DNA of 64,000 bases, taken from Promethearchaeota archaeon. GTDB lineage: Archaea; Asgardarchaeota; Thorarchaeia; Thorarchaeales; Thorarchaeaceae. The DNA lies in the NCBI GenBank assembly GCA_014728035.1, contig WJMJ01000059.1, positions 311,758 through 375,757 of the forward strand, in the 5' to 3' direction. Position 1 is the first letter of the stretch. The number at the start of each line of letters is the position of its first letter. A program made the position numbers and the translations under genes. A model generated the notes under the pieces. The model saw only the letters and a list, made by a program, of their open reading frames with translations. It did not search any database and was not told the DNA's origin. This document shows positions 1 through 9,891 of this stretch, piece by piece.

Positions 1-150
1 TCCGGAGGGTATAGCCGTATCGATAATTTCTACTATCACTAATGGGGTTAGCAGATTGAAAACCGTACCTATTACTGCCGATGTCAAAAACCCAAAAAAT
101 AGTGGCTTATGCTTTAATGCATAATTTGTAAGACGAGATACGTACCCCAT
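1..150 (-). CDS. ABC transporter permease/ATP-binding protein, N-terminal part (runs off window)
   Basis: Not in ORF track. ATG at 150 with AGGTGG upstream reads MGYVSRLTNYALKHKPLFFGFLTSAVIGTVFNLLTPLVIVEIIDTAIPSG, typical of TM1 of an ABC exporter. Confidence 0.7.
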   Translation of the reverse strand, partial: MGYVSRLTNYALKHKPLFFGFLTSAVIGTVFNLLTPLVIVEIIDTAIPSG

Positions 151-228
151 TTTCAAAGTCCCACCTTTTGGTGCTCCTGGCTTGATGATAAGGATTGTGT
201 AGTATACACAGTATTTTCGTTTTATGGT

Positions 229-648
229 TTATTCGACACACAAATCTGAGAGAGTTCCACCGATTTTATTACATTTTTTGAGGTCAATTTCACTGGGTTG
301 ATCTTTGACCTTCAATGGTGTTTCAATTGCTGGAATACCCCCTCGCTCCTTTAATGCATCCATTATCATGTCTGGCGCCTCACCACTCCATCCATATGAA
401 CCAAATGCGAATACTGCCAATCCATTCCTAAGCTCTATTTCACTTAGCAAATTTCTGACCTTCGGTAAAGGTCTTTTCATTCTTGTTGAGCTTCCAACCG
501 CTAAAACGCACACGTTCTCAAGCCCTGCAAAATTTTCAGCTGGCAAGACCGTGCAATTCTTTCCCTTATCTATTACTCCTTCGCAGATAGCTTCTGCCAT
601 AGCTTTTGTTCGCCCTCTCGTGCTTTCGTAGATGACAAGAACCTTCAT
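229..648 (-). CDS. Flavodoxin-like protein
   Basis: MKVLVIYESTRGRTKAMAEAI FMN-binding loop, AVGSST, FGSYGWSGEA; start moved to ATG 648. Confidence 0.85.
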   Translation of the reverse strand: MKVLVIYESTRGRTKAMAEAICEGVIDKGKNCTVLPAENFAGLENVCVLAVGSSTRMKRPLPKVRNLLSEIELRNGLAVFAFGSYGWSGEAPDMIMDALKERGGIPAIETPLKVKDQPSEIDLKKCNKIGGTLSDLCVE

Positions 649-810
649 GAAAATCAAAGTAGTCAAGCATTTTCTACTCAAAAGCTTTCTGAAACCGATA
701 CGCATAGACAAATTTGTTCATTTTGTGTGATTGATAGGAGAATTATAATATGTGTAAATGCTGTTAGAAACATACTAGGTTTCAAAACTATTCATTGAGG
801 TATCAGAGCA

Positions 811-1494
811 ATGGAACTTTCCTCGCAGGTTGTATCAGACATCAAACGAAAGGCAAGTAAAATATGTGATTTGCTCATTGCAAACTATGGTGAAACTGTT
901 TCTTCTAAGCAAAGACCTCCCCTTGATGAATTGGTTTATACAATTCTTAGCCAAAATACAACTGATGAGAATGCTGAAATCGCCTATCAAAACCTATTGG
1001 TTGAATTTCCGACGTGGGAACAAGTCATTGAAGCACCAGTAAAGACTATACAGAATCTTATTTTTCCATCCGGTTTTTACAAGGTAAAAACAAAACGAAT
1101 TAAACGTACGTTGAAAGAGATAAAGAAACGAGTGGGAAAATTAGACCTAGATCTTCTTCAAGAAATGGAAATCGAAGATGCAAAAGAATGGCTAACTTCT
1201 TTACATGGGGTAGGACAAAAAACCGCTGCAATTGTCCTATTGTTCTGTTTTAGAAAACCTGTAGTTCCTGTTGACACGCATGTATATCGAGTTACTAAAC
1301 GACTTGGTGTTGTACCTGATGATTATTCCAATGATAGCGCTCAGATATTTCTTGAAGCGATTTTACCACGCTATTGTATATTCTCTCTCAACCATAATCT
1401 TGTGACCCATGGACGACAAATCTGCAAATCCAGAACTCCTTTGTGTGAGGAATGTTTTCTGAACCATCTTTGTGAATACTATTTATCTCAATAA
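811..1494 (+). CDS. nth: Endonuclease III (HhH-GPD DNA glycosylase, 4Fe-4S)
   Basis: ILSQNTTD, LHGVGQKTA HhH, PVDTHVYR, C-x6-C-x2-C-x5-C. Confidence 0.92.
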   Translation: MELSSQVVSDIKRKASKICDLLIANYGETVSSKQRPPLDELVYTILSQNTTDENAEIAYQNLLVEFPTWEQVIEAPVKTIQNLIFPSGFYKVKTKRIKRTLKEIKKRVGKLDLDLLQEMEIEDAKEWLTSLHGVGQKTAAIVLLFCFRKPVVPVDTHVYRVTKRLGVVPDDYSNDSAQIFLEAILPRYCIFSLNHNLVTHGRQICKSRTPLCEECFLNHLCEYYLSQ

Positions 1495-1592
1495 TCATTA
1501 GACCTTTTTTGTCCCTAGCAACATATTCAATAGTCAGAGTAGACCTCCTTCATTTGTTCAAGTCACAACCTATACAAACATAGCAATTTGGA

Positions 1593-2990
1593 GTGTCGCT
1601 TGTGGAATTATTACTAGAAATTACCCCTTTACTCATCATTGGAGTTTCTCTTGTTCTTGCATTTGTCGGTGCAGAGGTTATGAAAAGAGCAGGCATCCCT
1701 CAGATTCTGGGATTCATGATTGCAGGATTAATACTTGGAATGACTGGTTTCTTTAATGACGAGATTAGGAATTCTTTATTTCCATTAGTTGAGCTAGCAC
1801 TAGGACTTATTGGATATAACATAGGGCTTGAAATCAGGAAAGAAGTCTTCAAAGGTCAAGTTCGAAAGATGTCTTTAATTCTAATAATGGAATCGATACT
1901 CACCTTTGTATTGGTTTCAGTGCTTGCATATATAATTCTAGAATTTTTCGGTATTGCTGCTGGATGGGGAATAAATCCTTGGTTTATCGCTATTGTGTTT
2001 GGAGCTTTAGCTAGCGCAACTGACCCAGCTTCCACTGTTATGGTAATTTGGGAGCGGCATTGTAAAGGCAATCTAACTGATACTTTGATGTTTGTACTTG
2101 CACTGGACGACGTAATAGCTATTCTTCTTGCAAACATAACCATTGCAGTTGCCATATCTGCTTTTTCCACTGCTGGAACAATCGCACTCTCAGAAACTTT
2201 GTTTCATACACTAGTTGAAGTTGTTGGGTCGAGTGCACTTGGTGCAATAGTTGGTGCAAGTCTAGTCTATTTCATTAATCGAGAAGATGACAGACGTGCT
2301 TTGCTTGAGTTTGAGCTTGGAATGATTATTCTACTTGTAGGAGTTACTGCAGTACTGGGTCTCAGTTCCATATTATCCTGTATGGTATTTGGATTCATTG
2401 TTGGAAATTACGTAGAACAATCAAAAGACCCAGTTAGTCATACACTGAAGACTGTAATGAGTCCCGTAGTAATGATCTTTTTTGTTATTGTGGGCGCCTC
2501 AATTGATTTAGCCCAGATTGCAGGCATTGCTGCAATCATTTTAGCAGTAGTATATGTTGCTGGAAGAAGCTTTGCAAAATACTTTGGTTCGTATGTTGGT
2601 TCCACGTTAGCCAAGATGCCAAAACTAACAACCAGATATATTGGCTTTTGTTTGATGTCACAAGCTGGTGTTGCCGTTGGATTGTCACTTGTCATAGAAG
2701 AGGCATTTCTAGGAATTGGTACTCCCGAGGCCCAAGCTGCTGGAGTCTTGATTCTAAATATTGTAGCCCTTACTACAATGATTCTCCAGGTATTTGGTCC
2801 TATTTCTGCCAGTGAAGGCTTACGAAAAGCCGGAGAGTATCCTGAATTTCTCGAACCTGGCTATACTGAGATGTTCGAGTTTTATCGACGATGTATTGAC
2901 TGTCCAATGGGCAATACCTCGGACCATGATTTTCTTGGTGAGCCCACCGAGGAACGAATTGAGGATATGCCAGAGGATTACAGAACCTGA
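1593..2990 (+). CDS. Cation:proton antiporter (Na+/H+ exchanger family)
   Basis: ~13 TM; ATDPA, ALDDVIA, FFVIVGA, QAGVAVGL motifs. Confidence 0.9.
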   Translation: MSLVELLLEITPLLIIGVSLVLAFVGAEVMKRAGIPQILGFMIAGLILGMTGFFNDEIRNSLFPLVELALGLIGYNIGLEIRKEVFKGQVRKMSLILIMESILTFVLVSVLAYIILEFFGIAAGWGINPWFIAIVFGALASATDPASTVMVIWERHCKGNLTDTLMFVLALDDVIAILLANITIAVAISAFSTAGTIALSETLFHTLVEVVGSSALGAIVGASLVYFINREDDRRALLEFELGMIILLVGVTAVLGLSSILSCMVFGFIVGNYVEQSKDPVSHTLKTVMSPVVMIFFVIVGASIDLAQIAGIAAIILAVVYVAGRSFAKYFGSYVGSTLAKMPKLTTRYIGFCLMSQAGVAVGLSLVIEEAFLGIGTPEAQAAGVLILNIVALTTMILQVFGPISASEGLRKAGEYPEFLEPGYTEMFEFYRRCIDCPMGNTSDHDFLGEPTEERIEDMPEDYRT

Positions 2991-3040
2991 CCAATAGAGT
3001 CATGAATCAATATACTATATGCTTGGAGTAGTTGATAATC

Positions 3041-3334
3041 ATGGCTGAATCGGAATGTATTCGTGAGACACCGTGGAGTGTCAAGATTAGGGTCATTAAA
3101 CAAAAAGGTAGTTGTGTTGTCGGACATGAAGTAGATGATGAAATCTTCATTACTGATTCTGGAGTAGAAGGAAAAATTTGTATCAGTTTACTCTACTCAG
3201 TATTGCCCAAAGTATATGCTATGATGTATAATGCACGATTTCCTTGGTTACAAAACCAGTGCAAAGCAACTCATGCTTGTCCTGATGCACATAATCCTCT
3301 TGTTGTAGAGTTAACTAGAATTGATTCAGACTAG
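3041..3334 (+). CDS. TIGR04076-family Cys-containing small protein
   Basis: GSC..GHEVDDE, GKIC, FPW, CPD..NP.VVEL pattern. Confidence 0.75.
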   Translation: MAESECIRETPWSVKIRVIKQKGSCVVGHEVDDEIFITDSGVEGKICISLLYSVLPKVYAMMYNARFPWLQNQCKATHACPDAHNPLVVELTRIDSD

Positions 3335-3682
3335 TTCTTCTTCAGCATCCTCTTGAGGTTGTTGTTCTCTAAGCTCAGGGAATGCGGACTCGAGGTCTCG
3401 AAGCACCGCTTCTGATAAATCTCTATTTGACATAACTGCTAGATTTCGTCCATACCATCCACAATCTAGGCAATAATATGCGGGTTGAAATGATCCAATA
3501 TAACCCAAGTCATGATAAGAAGTCAAGTCCACAATTCTGGCACTTTTGCAATTTGGGCAGACTGGAAAATCCGCAGAGATGCCTTTTCTCTTTAATCTAT
3601 CAAGCGCTTCTCTCACAGCTCGAAGTCTTCTTAGCTCGATTAATTCTCTTTTAGAGAGTATGCCACCAGTGAATTGTGTCAT
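3326..3682 (-). CDS. Zn-ribbon protein
   Basis: CPNCKS ... YYCLDCGWYG; start uncertain (3682 or 3706). Confidence 0.7.
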   Translation of the reverse strand: MTQFTGGILSKRELIELRRLRAVREALDRLKRKGISADFPVCPNCKSARIVDLTSYHDLGYIGSFQPAYYCLDCGWYGRNLAVMSNRDLSEAVLRDLESAFPELREQQPQEDAEEELV

Positions 3683-3743
3683 TTGAATCAATACCTTCTG
3701 AAACAAATTTGAATAAACAACTTAGCTTATTCTATTTATTGTA

Positions 3744-4190
3744 CTAGGAAGCACTAGGCATGATCTGAACCATAAACGCAATAATTCCCAACAGATAGGC
3801 AATTAACCATAATATCAAAGTACTAATCATTAGTGGTCTTGTTCTCTTCAACAATTTCAATGGCATATCCTTTCTAGTTAGAAAAATTATTGAGAGAATT
3901 ATCCCAAATGTTACGGCCAGTATGCCCACCAAATCATGGACAATTTGATACCCGTTAGCTACTAAATCCATAAACGCTCCTTCTGCAGCAAGTGTGGCTG
4001 CTCTTGGAATCATCCAAGCTCCAACAGTAATTGAGTGGATTAGTACTACTGAATAGACCGCTTTGTGGTGTAAATCAAAATGCATCCGTCTAGCACCAAA
4101 GTACCACCCTATTGTTATTATCACAAATAGAATTGATTCAACTATCATAATGATTGTAGCAATTTCTAGACTTTGACTCATTATTTGCAC
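3744..4190 (-). CDS. 4-TM membrane protein, DUF420/cytochrome-b-like
   Basis: Four hydrophobic helices with His residues (HH, H, H); GGAGG RBS; start overlaps upstream stop. Confidence 0.65.
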   Translation of the reverse strand: MQIMSQSLEIATIIMIVESILFVIITIGWYFGARRMHFDLHHKAVYSVVLIHSITVGAWMIPRAATLAAEGAFMDLVANGYQIVHDLVGILAVTFGIILSIIFLTRKDMPLKLLKRTRPLMISTLILWLIAYLLGIIAFMVQIMPSAS

Positions 4191-4927
4191 TATTTTTCCT
4201 CCTTGATTGCAATATCACTGACACTGCCTGTTGTAGTAAATAGACTTGACGAGAGCAACGCTTCCCTTCCTTGATGTGCTGTGACAATGGCAGATGCAAT
4301 CATTCCCCATGGACAAAATCGCACATCCAGATTTCGATATGCTTCTGAGTCATGAATTCTAGCAAAGGCGCATCGGTTTGCAGCAATAGTGACTTTGTTT
4401 TTGTCATATTTCACTCTTGCATATCCAACAAAATCGTGCTCCTTTATGAAATCCACATAAGCCTCTAATTTTTCTTTTAGCGGCGCTGTTGGATTTAACA
4501 TACGTTCTGGAAGGTATGCAGAGAGAATATCTGACATTCTCATAAATACATAGTTTTTGATTGCTGCTTCTCCAAGAATCTCGATGAAGACACTCTCGTA
4601 ACCAAATATAGCTGCTCGTAATTTCCAGATGTCCTCCATAGTCAGGTCTTGTACTGACCCTTTATCAAACGCCTGATCCACTTTCTTCTTGAAATTCTCC
4701 ATGAACTTCTTGAGTTCCGAACTCAGTGTATCTGAATCAGTTTCCTCTGAGAATGCCTCCGGTAGAAACTCCTTTACATAGTAGACCATTCTTGGAAGTA
4801 CGTGATCCTCAAGGACGTCTGGCCCTATAAGCTCTGTACCCACAGCTTCGTAAGCGTCTAGAATGCCTTTGTACAGAAAAACTGCTTCCATTGCAGCATT
4901 TTCAGGCTCGCTTTGTTGTGATTGCAT
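4190..4927 (-). CDS. V4R/Bet3-like (methanogen output domain-like) protein
   Basis: C-terminal CAFARIH...FCPWGMIASAI motif typical of V4R-like domains; duplicated N-terminal helical segment. Confidence 0.6.
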   Translation of the reverse strand: MQSQQSEPENAAMEAVFLYKGILDAYEAVGTELIGPDVLEDHVLPRMVYYVKEFLPEAFSEETDSDTLSSELKKFMENFKKKVDQAFDKGSVQDLTMEDIWKLRAAIFGYESVFIEILGEAAIKNYVFMRMSDILSAYLPERMLNPTAPLKEKLEAYVDFIKEHDFVGYARVKYDKNKVTIAANRCAFARIHDSEAYRNLDVRFCPWGMIASAIVTAHQGREALLSSSLFTTTGSVSDIAIKEEK

Positions 4928-4994
4928 CTTTACCCCATCTCAACTTAGGCAACTTATCACACATAGATGCGGCCACTAAAATGTCTACCTCTTT

Positions 4995-6023
4995 CTAGGA
5001 TAGGTTCTCTATAATTATATGACTTCCATCATTACTTCTTTCAAATCTAAGAATTTGAATTGTTTTCTCAATTTGGATAATCATACACTTTTGGATAGCT
5101 CTTCTTAAGAGAGAACGGAATACTCCCTCAACATTGTTCAACAAAGTAGAGAAAAATACAGGAGCCATTGAGGAGAATTCTTTCCCTTTCTTGTGGGTTA
5201 GTTGTCCATTTTTACTAAGTATTGCCTTACTGACGACATGTGTATCATCTATTTTTTCCATGTTTGCTTCAGTATCATCCAAATAACAGATTTCAGCTGT
5301 TACTTTGACAAGGTCTTTTGGTGAAATTCGGATTGCACCTGTAGCAACTCCCAGCAATTTCCCATTATGGCATATAGTTGCGGAATAATTCGGTGATTGC
5401 ATTATAAGATACTCATATGATTCCATAATCTCTAATTTTGAAATTGCACGCATTATTGTTGAATGTGCCAATAGAACTTCTCGTACCTGCTCTGGCTTGA
5501 AGAGTGGCTTGGGGCGAGCAAATCTGGCAAGAGTCTTTTTTTCTTCAATATCTACGACAAAGGCAAGAGGAACATCAGTACGACTAGATAGCACATTTTC
5601 CATATATTCTCCTATAATTTCGCTTCCAAAGAATTGGCTTGCCAGTCGAGCTATCTTATTACTGATACGTTCTTGCTCGTCTTTTTTCATTACTTCTCCT
5701 TGTCCCTCTGGGATATTTGCGTGCTGAAGAATATCTTGTATCTTCTCAAGTATGCGGGAAGCTAATTTTCCTGAAGTTTGTTTTTCGAAGACCCCTACTA
5801 CTACCGCTTTTCCTTCATGGCATGGAATGAATTGGAAAAACTCGCTTTCCGTTGAGAATGATTGTAATGCGTCAGACCTTGTCTGTTCACTGAAATCTCG
5901 AATCGCGCTCATTAACCCTGATGAAAGGACTGCTTGGTCACTATTACTTGTTTCCGTATCGATATCATAATGATAAATGAGCATTCCGTCTTCAATGAGA
6001 TAGACTTCTTTTAGCATAGCCAT
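4995..6023 (-). CDS. Longin/roadblock-like multidomain protein
   Basis: EVYLIEDGMLIYHY...VLSSGLMSAIRDFS N-terminal longin-like signature; second roadblock-like segment (PLAFVVD...YEYLIMQSPNYSATI). Confidence 0.65.
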   Translation of the reverse strand: MAMLKEVYLIEDGMLIYHYDIDTETSNSDQAVLSSGLMSAIRDFSEQTRSDALQSFSTESEFFQFIPCHEGKAVVVGVFEKQTSGKLASRILEKIQDILQHANIPEGQGEVMKKDEQERISNKIARLASQFFGSEIIGEYMENVLSSRTDVPLAFVVDIEEKKTLARFARPKPLFKPEQVREVLLAHSTIMRAISKLEIMESYEYLIMQSPNYSATICHNGKLLGVATGAIRISPKDLVKVTAEICYLDDTEANMEKIDDTHVVSKAILSKNGQLTHKKGKEFSSMAPVFFSTLLNNVEGVFRSLLRRAIQKCMIIQIEKTIQILRFERSNDGSHIIIENLS

Positions 6024-6130
6024 ACTTCCAAATTTGTTCTGATTATGGTATGAATTCAACTATTGTAGAGATTGCTGATGACGTTATATTATTTACCAAA
6101 ATTTCATACCTCTAAGTGGGAGATTAATAT

Positions 6131-6628
6131 ATGGAACATCATACATTCATAAAATTGATTGCAGCAGAAACAAAAACTTGGCGAGATATGGAATTAACCT
6201 TGATGGAGAAAGAAGGTTGGATAGATTTATCATATCGTCCTCGAAACAACATGTCTTCTCTTGGTTGGGTCCTAGCTCATCAAGCTATGGTGCTTGATTA
6301 TACTCTTAACACACTCATTCTTGGAGATAAGCCAGTTAATCCTGAGATATTCTCAAAATATCGTCCAGGAACGGATGGCAGCTGGGATGGTATATCCCTT
6401 AAAGATATTCTTGAACTGTATGACTCTCTCGAAACAAATTTCTTGGAATGGGCTAAGTCTGCTACAGTCCAAGATTTTTCAAGAGTGGTTTCCGGTGATT
6501 CTATCCCCTCCTTCTTTTGTGGAAAGACTGTTCTTGAGATTATCCTAAGCACATTCACACATCTTGATTATCATACTGGGCATCTTAGTGCAATTAGAAA
6601 AGATTGGCTATCAACAAGGACCTCGTAG
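6131..6628 (+). CDS. DinB/DUF664-family protein
   Basis: SLGWVLAHQA ... HLDYHTGHL. Confidence 0.85.
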   Translation: MEHHTFIKLIAAETKTWRDMELTLMEKEGWIDLSYRPRNNMSSLGWVLAHQAMVLDYTLNTLILGDKPVNPEIFSKYRPGTDGSWDGISLKDILELYDSLETNFLEWAKSATVQDFSRVVSGDSIPSFFCGKTVLEIILSTFTHLDYHTGHLSAIRKDWLSTRTS

Positions 6629-6780
6629 TATTCTTTAATCATGACCTGTTGATGCAAATCTAATTCGTCTATACATATCCGAATAGAGTTAATATTTGTA
6701 AGTTATTTAATATCTGATAACAGAAAATTACATGAAAACTGGGGACCTGTAATTTTACTCTGCAGAAATGGTGAAATTAG

Positions 6781-8139
6781 TTGGAAATAGATTTTGTATT
6801 AATCATAGGTTTGGCGCTTGTATTGGCGTTTGTTGGTGCTTTGAGTCTGAAACGTCTAGGTGTGCCACAGATTGTGGGATTTATGTTGGCTGGACTTGTC
6901 TTAGGCCAAATTGGATTAATGAATGAAGCAGTTCTTCTTGATCTGAATTTTTTGGTTTCAATTGCGTTAGGACTCATTGGTTATAATATCGGGCTTGAGA
7001 TGGAACTGAAGGCATTCAAAGGGAAAATTACGAAGTGGATTATTATTGTTCTTATTTCAGCCATTTCTGCATTCGCTCTTGTGACACTCCTTGTTCATAC
7101 AATTACCGGAAATATTGTACTTGCTCTTATTTTAGGTGGACTTGCGAGTGCTACCGCTCCAGCAGCAACAGCTGATGTAATCTGGGAAAATCAATGTGAG
7201 GGGCCTGTATCTGAAACCCTGATGTTTGTTCTTGCTTTCGACGATATAATTGCTGTAGTACTTACAGGTGCAACTATCGCATTTGGTCTATGGGTATTCG
7301 CTCCAGCAATCTATCCTTTTGCATCAGTTATCATTAATCCTTTAATTGAAATCATATTTTCTACTGCATTTGGATTATTCTTTGGACTGATATTTATTCA
7401 AGCGGTAAACCGTTTCAAGGATCGCGGTCGACTTTTGGAGATGGAATTAGGCATGATTTTTCTTCTAGTTGGGTTGGCTAACACATTTCATTTCAGTGAC
7501 ATCTTTGTCTGTATTGTGTATGGGTTCATGGTTGGTAATTTCGTTAAGCGTGATACAGAGCAACTACCTCATTTATTGAAGCGAATTATGTCGCCAATTG
7601 TAATGATATTTTTCGTGATAGTTGGTGCCAAAATTGAAATTGAGTTATTCTTGGGCGAAACTGGACCATTTGTATTCATATTGGCTCTAACATACATCGT
7701 TGGTATGGTATCTGCCAAATATACTGGGACTTTTGTTGGATCAACAATAACTGGAAGTCCTGATACAGTTAGAAAATATTTGGGAGCTTGTCTATTTTGT
7801 CAGGCGGGTGTAGCACTGGGGCTTGGATTCATAATTGAAGAAACCTTCTTAGAAATTGGTGGTGAAGCAGCTGTGATTGGCAGTTTGATTCTAAGTGTTG
7901 TTGGAGTTGCCACTATGATTCTTGAGATGATTGGCCCCATTTCAGTAAAGTGGGCATTAGGAAAAGCTGGTGAGATTCCAATTCACGGAGAACTATTCAC
8001 ACCTCATGACTACATCTTTGATGAGCGAGAAATATTTGATGAACTAGCTACACTCTATGAGATGGATGATGAGGAATCCTCAACAGATGATGTCTTTGAT
8101 GAACTCGGAGCTCTCTATGAAATGGGCGAAGAGGAGTGA
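6781..8139 (+). CDS. Cation:proton antiporter, paralog of 1593-2990
   Basis: Shares ALGLIGYNIGLE, TLMFVLA.DD, MSP.VMIFFVIVGA and QAGVA with the first copy. Confidence 0.9.
   Translation: MEIDFVLIIGLALVLAFVGALSLKRLGVPQIVGFMLAGLVLGQIGLMNEAVLLDLNFLVSIALGLIGYNIGLEMELKAFKGKITKWIIIVLISAISAFALVTLLVHTITGNIVLALILGGLASATAPAATADVIWENQCEGPVSETLMFVLAFDDIIAVVLTGATIAFGLWVFAPAIYPFASVIINPLIEIIFSTAFGLFFGLIFIQAVNRFKDRGRLLEMELGMIFLLVGLANTFHFSDIFVCIVYGFMVGNFVKRDTEQLPHLLKRIMSPIVMIFFVIVGAKIEIELFLGETGPFVFILALTYIVGMVSAKYTGTFVGSTITGSPDTVRKYLGACLFCQAGVALGLGFIIEETFLEIGGEAAVIGSLILSVVGVATMILEMIGPISVKWALGKAGEIPIHGELFTPHDYIFDEREIFDELATLYEMDDEESSTDDVFDELGALYEMGEEE
8035..8136 (+). repeat. 60-nt tandem duplication in the antiporter C-terminal tail
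   Basis: FDELATLYEMDDEE and FDELGALYEMGEEE; tttgatgaact at 8035 and 8095. Confidence 0.85.
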
Positions 8140-8146
8140 AATCAAG

Positions 8147-8174
8147 AAGAGGTCATTAGACCTCTTTTCCTTTT
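8147..8174 (+). terminator. Hairpin plus T-rich terminator
   Basis: aagaggtc-atta-gacctctt followed by ttcctttt. Confidence 0.6.
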
Positions 8175-8223
8175 AATTTCAGGAATTCTCGGATATGAAC
8201 TTCTATCTCTTTTTGTAGCTCTG

Positions 8224-8682
8224 TTAATTCATCTTTGAGATGAGTTGTTTGATTTCCTTTATTCCTAAATTTGCCCAATGGAATTTCTTTATTTCTTCAT
8301 TGTAATGTGTAATTCTTGAGTAGGTTTCCCAGAGCATCTTTCTTTCTGATTCTGGAAGATATTCTGCTCTACCAGAACGAATTCCAAATATCCAGAAGCC
8401 TTTTCGTAGTGGGATTTCATCTTCAAGCAGTTCGAGATTAACAATAAGCTCATCAGCTAAATCATTACTAAGAGTTCTACTAGATTTTTCATTATTCCTT
8501 TTTTTGAAATATTCACCAAGCGATGTCCCTCCCAACATGCCTAAAAAATTGGAGATTAGTCTTGTCCCATCATTAAAAGCTGTTCCAAATGGCAAAAGTG
8601 ATAATACCAAAATACTACCGGAAAGGGCTACACAAAAGAATACACCTAACCATATTCTTGATTCTTTCATATCTCGAATCAC
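8224..8682 (-). CDS. Hypothetical 2-TM membrane protein (possible C-terminal frameshift)
   Basis: Two N-terminal TM helices, then a helical soluble domain. Confidence 0.65.
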   Translation of the reverse strand: MIRDMKESRIWLGVFFCVALSGSILVLSLLPFGTAFNDGTRLISNFLGMLGGTSLGEYFKKRNNEKSSRTLSNDLADELIVNLELLEDEIPLRKGFWIFGIRSGRAEYLPESERKMLWETYSRITHYNEEIKKFHWANLGIKEIKQLISKMN

Positions 8683-8774
8683 AGCTTCTTAAAGTGATCA
8701 AACACTACTCAATTTTCTGTATCAAAAACTATCGTAAAAGATTTCAAGGTATTACTCTCTGATTCTAGAGAGGA

Positions 8775-9788
8775 ATGTTAATGAGAAAACTCGCACGCCT
8801 AACTCCAGTAGTGATATTATTCTCGTTGATTTTCATGAGTTCCACAGGATTTTCTAATATGACAAGCACAGCCCGTCCCATTAGCCAGTCCTATTATTCA
8901 CAATGGGAAGGTGGTCTTATAATAGACCACACCTGTCTTGAATTTGATACTATCCCATTTGGTTCTATTCAAGCAGCTCAATCAAATGTCAAGTTTCACT
9001 ATGCTCATACAAGTCATGGAGGTCAGATCACCACTGGACTGGGGCTAATTGAAGGTACCAACTCATCATACAGTGTGTCAATAGGATATGCTAGTCTTCC
9101 TACTACAGAAGATGCTCTATGTATCTTTGATGGGCAGGCAAATAATGGGGGGGACACATATATCACACCTGATGAATATTGGGAAGAAGAGTCTGGAGTT
9201 CAGTTGACTCAAGGCACACTAGATGATAATCCGTCGTTAACAGTTTCAATGTGGTCTTGGTGCACTCAACTAAACTCATACTCCACCACACAGGCTCAAT
9301 CTTATCTTGATACAATTACTGCTTTGGAGGAAGAGAATCCTGATGTTACATTTGTGTATATGACATGTAATGCTCAGGCTACTGACTCATCGGGATACAA
9401 TAGATGGTTGAACAACGAGCTGATTAGAGAATATTGTATTGAAAATGACAAAGTACTCTTCGATTTTGCTGATCTCGATAGTTGGTATAACGGTGAACAA
9501 AACACCTATCGTTATCATGAGGGCAGTACAAATTATCAGGTACCTGTTGAACACGAAGAGTTCAATGGTGACGAAGCAGGTCACACCACTTATTCTAGTT
9601 GTGAACAAAAAGCGAAAGCTTTCTGGTGGATGGTCGCACAACTTGCTGGTTGGAACACTCCAACGAATACCACCACCGGAGATGAACCAAATCTCCCCAC
9701 CAATACATTTCTATCAAGTGGGCTGATTATTGGTGGCATTGCAGCACTTGTTCTGTTTTCTGCTGTAGTATTATACTACCGGTCTTGA
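8775..9788 (+). CDS. Secreted, C-terminally anchored SGNH-like hydrolase/hypothetical protein
   Basis: Signal peptide, YAHTSHGGQI, LFDFADLDSW, D..GH, Thr/Pro linker and C-terminal TM. Confidence 0.65.
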   Translation: MLMRKLARLTPVVILFSLIFMSSTGFSNMTSTARPISQSYYSQWEGGLIIDHTCLEFDTIPFGSIQAAQSNVKFHYAHTSHGGQITTGLGLIEGTNSSYSVSIGYASLPTTEDALCIFDGQANNGGDTYITPDEYWEEESGVQLTQGTLDDNPSLTVSMWSWCTQLNSYSTTQAQSYLDTITALEEENPDVTFVYMTCNAQATDSSGYNRWLNNELIREYCIENDKVLFDFADLDSWYNGEQNTYRYHEGSTNYQVPVEHEEFNGDEAGHTTYSSCEQKAKAFWWMVAQLAGWNTPTNTTTGDEPNLPTNTFLSSGLIIGGIAALVLFSAVVLYYRS

Positions 9789-9891
9789 GAGTTTCTCTTA
9801 TTGGGGTTGGAGTGCACCGCGCTCCATCAATCCACAATATCAATAAAGCTTCAATTTGTTATTCAATTATAGTAGAAATGGAGAAACTTGC

